Part shown: positions 60,023-64,000 of the stretch, one piece after another
Numbering within the stretch: position 1 is the first letter of the stretch
Layout of the letters: each line of letters begins with the position of its first letter
Origin: a virus
Reading direction: 5' to 3' (one strand)
IMG/VR virus record: IMGVR_UViG_3300021962_000044
Coordinates: 1-64,000 of that record
DNA length: 64,000 bases
Notes under the pieces: generated by a model
What the model was told of the DNA's origin: nothing
The model's database searches: none
What the model saw: only the letters and a program-made list of their open reading frames with translations
Made by a program: the position numbers and the translations under genes

Positions 60023-60422
60023 AAAATTTATTAATTTAGTTGAATCTGCACAGAGTGTTGAACAACTAGCACATATAAGCGATAAAGCATTAGATGATGC
60101 TTATCATTATGGTCGTAGCACACCCGGAGCAAACTTTGGTTGGTTAGCTAATATTGAAAGTGCAAAAGCCGCTAAAAGATTGATTGATGCCGGTGAAACT
60201 GATATTGAAAAGATTAGTGATGCTATTCATGACGGCTGGAATATCACCGCAATGGCAGATTATAATAATAAATTACAATTAGATAGTCCTACTCCTGATG
60301 AAAAGAAGGCTAAAAGAGCTAAATTAGCACAACAATCTTATAGTCAGTTGCCGGAAGAAGAAAAAGAAAAAGATCGGGTAGTTGCTAGGGCTTTATTAAA
60401 CGCAATTACAGGTACTGCATAA
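60009..60422 (+). CDS. RyR-repeat-domain protein
   Basis: IHDGW...YSQLPEEEKEKDR; leader IRKFINLVE. Confidence 0.6.
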   Translation: MEPIRKFINLVESAQSVEQLAHISDKALDDAYHYGRSTPGANFGWLANIESAKAAKRLIDAGETDIEKISDAIHDGWNITAMADYNNKLQLDSPTPDEKKAKRAKLAQQSYSQLPEEEKEKDRVVARALLNAITGTA

Positions 60423-60458
60423 AAGTGATAAATACTCTAATAAAATGGAGTATTTACC

Positions 60459-60623
60459 ATGGCAAAGATTGTAACAGAATCAATCGTAATCACTTTTAGT
60501 AAAATAGTAAAAGACAACGATTCGGGTACTAGTATCACTAGTCCTGACATCCAAGCGGCTTTAGAGCAAGTAGCCCAAGAATTAATTGGCGATAGTGTAG
60601 TTGTTGAGGTTGTAAAAGCATAA
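60459..60623 (+). CDS. 54-aa late protein missing from the ORF track
   Basis: TAAATA, GGAG RBS, MAKIVTESIVITFSK...VVKA*, TAATG overlap with the next gene. Confidence 0.75.
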   Translation: MAKIVTESIVITFSKIVKDNDSGTSITSPDIQAALEQVAQELIGDSVVVEVVKA

Positions 60624-61009
60624 TGAGCCAAACAACTACTCTTATACTATTGCCACAAACAGCATATGTTAATCCAGGCAATGGAGCACCATACACTGTT
60701 ACTGGTAATAGCCAACCCGGCGCATCATACATTATCAGTCCTAGATCATTGCAAACAGTTAATATTAACTTGACAAATTGTACTGGTAATATTACTATTG
60801 AAGCTAGTTTAGCTACTACTCCTAGTAGTACAGATTGGTTTAAAGTATATGAATTAGAAGCTAACGCAAATGCCGCTAGTAATAGCGCACCACAAATAGC
60901 TAGCAATGCATCAGTTTACACAAATATTAATGGTAACTTTGTTTATATGAGAGCAAAGGTTGTAGATTTTCAAGGTGGATTGGTTAATTTTGTTAAGTTA
61001 AGTTATTGA
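60623..61009 (+). CDS. Virion beta-sandwich protein
   Basis: GNITIEASL..DWF..GNFVYMRA, similar to the C-terminus of 9499-10266. Confidence 0.6.
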   Translation: MSQTTTLILLPQTAYVNPGNGAPYTVTGNSQPGASYIISPRSLQTVNINLTNCTGNITIEASLATTPSSTDWFKVYELEANANAASNSAPQIASNASVYTNINGNFVYMRAKVVDFQGGLVNFVKLSY

Positions 61010-61010
61010 T

Positions 61011-62900
61011 ATGAGAAATATTGTCATTATGCCGGGAGGCTTTCATCCCTTTCATGCAGGTCATGCCGCATTATATCAAAGTGCAGTAAAAGCATTTAAT
61101 GATGCTGACGTATATGTAGCCGCAACAAATGACACAAAAACAAGACCTTTTCCTTTTTCTGTTAAAGAGAAGTTAGCAAAGCTTGCAGGTGTTGCAGATA
61201 AACACTTTGTACAAGTTAAAAGTCCCTTTCAACCAAAAGAAATAACCGATCACTATAATCCGGAAGAAGATGTATTAATCTTTGTTCGTAGTGAAAAAGA
61301 TAGAAATGAAAGTCCTAAGCCGGGTGGTACAAAGAAAGATGGTACTCCAGCATATTTTCAACCCTGGACAGGTAAGAATCTACAACCATTTGGTAAACAA
61401 GCATATATTGCTTATCTACCTACAGTAGAGTTTGGTCCAGGAATTAGTAGTGCAACAGAGATACGTAATGCATGGCCTAACTTAGATGACCGTCGTAAAA
61501 CAGCAATGGTTATGAGTTTGTACCCGGTAACTCAAAAGAATCCTAAGCTTGCCGCTAATGTTGTTAAGATGTTAGATATGGGTATGGGTAATGAGTTAGA
61601 TGAGGGTATGGGTAAAGCATTGGGTACAGCCGCGTTAGCAGGTAGCCTAGCATTAGGTGGTTTATCTAGTATGGGTAAAACAGCAGTTACTAACTGGGAT
61701 AAATTACCACAACAAATGAGTACTCAACAAGATAGTAAAGGTGGTGAAAAGATTATGTCTGTAACTGGTCCTAACAATAAAGGTGAGTATCGTGTTAGAG
61801 TTACTACAGATAATGATGTACAAGAGTTTGTTACTAAAACTCCACCAAAGGCATTAAATGAATTTGCCCCACCGAGTAGTGACCGAGGTGACGGCGGAGA
61901 TAGTAGAAGTCGTAGAATAAGAAAACTATTAGAAATTGCTATACAAGTAGCAAAAGAAAAAAATATCGATGAATTGGGTATGATTCATGGTATGAATATG
62001 ATAGCAGGTGATGAATTTTTCAATACAGCAGTTGAAGGTATACTACCAGACATAACAGATAAAGAATATATGTTTGTGCTACAGAGTGCTTATAAAACAG
62101 TAAAGCAAGGTTTGGCAGAAGCAAAGAAAAAAAGAAAAAAGAAAAGTAAAAACCGTAGTCTTGGAAGATACTTCTTCCCGGGATATAGTTACTATGGCGG
62201 CGGTGGAGAATCTGGTGAGGGTGGAGGAGATGGTGGAAGTGAAGGTATGGCGGAAGGCTTCCCTCAACCAGGACCAAGTTCAGGTGCTCCAAAACAGTTC
62301 GGTGCTGATGCCCAAATACAAACTCGCCAAATGACGGTAAAAGATATTATATCATCTATACCCGGTGTGCCTTACTATAACAATGTAGTCGATGATTGGG
62401 ACGCTAAAGATTATAGTTGGGGCGTTACTAAAAAAGTTATAGAGTATGCTACTTACTTGAAGGATCATCCAGAAAGTTTAGCAAAGTTGCCACCGGCAAT
62501 AGTATTAAACGGTAAGTTTGAAGATGGCGCCCATAGAGTATCTGCCATATGGTTGCTACAACAAAGAATGGATCCTAAAAATCCATTGTGGAAAAATGTT
62601 AAATTAAATGTTCAATTTGTTAAGCAAGGTATGACGGAAGGCGAAGAAATTACTGAAGGACCTTTTGTTCAACGTCTTGGACGTCCTAATAAAGTTAATA
62701 TCTATGTGAGACATACTACAGGCAAACCCTCTTTGCTTATTGCAACTGATATTCCTTATTCAATATATGATAAGTTTATTGCAAAGGCTATGCAAAAATA
62801 TCCACAATTTAGGCAAACAGACTTTTCATTTAAATCTGCTGATAAACTTAAGGAAGAAACTAAATTGTCCGAAAGTGCTGATTACTTAGACGAAAATTAA
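61011..62900 (+). CDS. HIGH-motif (cytidylyltransferase-like) nucleotidyltransferase fused to linker-separated modules, one ParB/Srx-like
   Basis: PGGFHPFHAGH, SATEIR; PPAIVL..EDGAHRV; QG(L/M)xE linkers. Confidence 0.7.
   Translation: MRNIVIMPGGFHPFHAGHAALYQSAVKAFNDADVYVAATNDTKTRPFPFSVKEKLAKLAGVADKHFVQVKSPFQPKEITDHYNPEEDVLIFVRSEKDRNESPKPGGTKKDGTPAYFQPWTGKNLQPFGKQAYIAYLPTVEFGPGISSATEIRNAWPNLDDRRKTAMVMSLYPVTQKNPKLAANVVKMLDMGMGNELDEGMGKALGTAALAGSLALGGLSSMGKTAVTNWDKLPQQMSTQQDSKGGEKIMSVTGPNNKGEYRVRVTTDNDVQEFVTKTPPKALNEFAPPSSDRGDGGDSRSRRIRKLLEIAIQVAKEKNIDELGMIHGMNMIAGDEFFNTAVEGILPDITDKEYMFVLQSAYKTVKQGLAEAKKKRKKKSKNRSLGRYFFPGYSYYGGGGESGEGGGDGGSEGMAEGFPQPGPSSGAPKQFGADAQIQTRQMTVKDIISSIPGVPYYNNVVDDWDAKDYSWGVTKKVIEYATYLKDHPESLAKLPPAIVLNGKFEDGAHRVSAIWLLQQRMDPKNPLWKNVKLNVQFVKQGMTEGEEITEGPFVQRLGRPNKVNIYVRHTTGKPSLLIATDIPYSIYDKFIAKAMQKYPQFRQTDFSFKSADKLKEETKLSESADYLDEN
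62242..62642 (+). repeat. 17-bp near-perfect direct repeats flanking the ParB-like module
   Basis: AAGGTATGGCGGAAGGC (62242-62258) and AAGGTATGACGGAAGGC (62626-62642); degenerate third copy near 62107. Confidence 0.8.
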
Positions 62901-62957
62901 AAATATTTTGACCCCCTTGTTTTGATGTAAATATTACTATCTTAACAAGAGGATCAA

Positions 62958-63947
62958 ATGGCAACTAAGAAAACAATCGAAAAGGTTACTGCTAAACCAG
63001 CAAAAGCCGCAACTAAAACTCCAGCAAAAGCACCGGTTAAAGCACCCGCTAAAGCTTCTAAAACAGCTAAAACAGTTCCTGTAGAAAAACTACAAGAAAT
63101 TGCTGATCAGGCTGCTAAAGAACCAGCTCAGGCAGCGGGCCCGGGTCAAGTTCAAGTTAACGTAGATTTTCTACGTACAACTAAAGTACATATTGCTATG
63201 CCATGTTATGGTGGTATGCTAACAGAATCAACATTCATGTCATTCATCAAGTGGGCAAATACAGCTCGTCAACTTGGTATTGATTGGACATTAGAAACAA
63301 TGGTTAATGAATCACTCATTAGCCGAGCAAGAAATACATTAACTGCTAAGTTTTTGGATATGCCAGACGCAACACATTTATTCTTTGTTGATGCTGACAT
63401 TGGTTGGGAGCCATGGCATCTACTAGTTCTACTGAACCGTGACGTTGATGTTATCGGTGGACTATATCCAATGAAGACAATGCCAATTAAATGGGTTGTT
63501 AATGGATTTGAAGGTGCTGAAGAAGGTACTGATGGATTACAAGAAGTATCTAAAGCAGGTACAGGTTTCTTGTTGATGAAGAAACATGTGTTTGAAAAGA
63601 TGAAGACTCATCCTGCAGTTAAACAGTATAAGAACGACATTGGATTAGATCCAAAGTTTGACCAGCACTTAAAAACGTATTTTGATACAGCGGTTCGTCA
63701 GAATCGTTACTATAGTGAAGATTGGACATTCTGTGAAAACTGGCGTGATATGGGCGGCCGCATCTGGGTTGACAAACGTGTATTGTTACGTCACTCAGGT
63801 AGTTATGTATTCTGTATGGAAAATCAGGAACATTTGATGAAAACGATCGGCCCTATGTATGTTGAAGAACAGGCTAAAAAGGCACAACCGGCAGCTCCGG
63901 CAGTTCTCCCGGATGCAACTGGTGTAGTATCAATAGCTACAACTTAA
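62958..63947 (+). CDS. GT-A-fold glycosyltransferase-like protein with Lys/Ala/Pro-rich N-tail
   Basis: IAMPCYGG, SLISRARN, FVDAD (DxD), GTGFLL, SEDW.FC. Confidence 0.75.
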   Translation: MATKKTIEKVTAKPAKAATKTPAKAPVKAPAKASKTAKTVPVEKLQEIADQAAKEPAQAAGPGQVQVNVDFLRTTKVHIAMPCYGGMLTESTFMSFIKWANTARQLGIDWTLETMVNESLISRARNTLTAKFLDMPDATHLFFVDADIGWEPWHLLVLLNRDVDVIGGLYPMKTMPIKWVVNGFEGAEEGTDGLQEVSKAGTGFLLMKKHVFEKMKTHPAVKQYKNDIGLDPKFDQHLKTYFDTAVRQNRYYSEDWTFCENWRDMGGRIWVDKRVLLRHSGSYVFCMENQEHLMKTIGPMYVEEQAKKAQPAAPAVLPDATGVVSIATT

Positions 63948-63950
63948 TAC

Positions 63951-63972
63951 AAAGCCCCGAAAGGGGCTTTTA
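63951..63972. terminator. Rho-independent terminator
   Basis: AAAGCCCC-GAAA-GGGGCTTTT. Confidence 0.85.
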
Positions 63973-64000
63973 TCTTTTTAGATAAATACTCTATGGACTT

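Noticed and set aside
1-64000. Stop-codon reassignment
   Set aside because: Conserved genes are full length under the standard code and coding density is high.

Overview
A 64-kb AT-rich segment of a large lytic myovirus genome, distantly T4-like and probably jumbo-size. The host may be a betaproteobacterium, a weak inference from the IscA sequence. The window holds replication genes (UvsW-like helicase, primase, DnaB/gp41-like helicase, clamp-loader subunits, DEDDh and PD-(D/E)XK exonucleases, dNMP kinase) and morphogenesis genes (neck gp13/gp14/gp15-like, tail sheath and tube, gp4-like nuclease, two fibre proteins, head/core proteins). It also has lysis genes (GH19 endolysin, holin-like), host-like accessory genes (iscA, pirin, groES, dnaJ, clpA, phoH, mazG, Nudix) and three free-standing homing-type endonucleases. 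I saw no tRNA, rRNA, CRISPR array or integrase. Main observations: (1) two unrelated homing endonucleases (HNH and GIY-YIG) share a ~65-nt structured leader with a covarying stem, and both are inserted antisense at gene junctions; (2) a miniature DnaE (Pol III alpha) core is split into two genes ~41 kb apart with no intein; (3) a HIGH-motif nucleotidyltransferase is built from modules joined by QG(M/L)xE linkers that are also DNA direct repeats; (4) leaderless starts are widespread, and several late promoters sit inside RBS-occluding hairpins; (5) a MutH/Sau3AI-like nuclease; (6) a tandem array of small FxLRW paralogues. All protein assignments come from motif recognition by eye; no searches were run.
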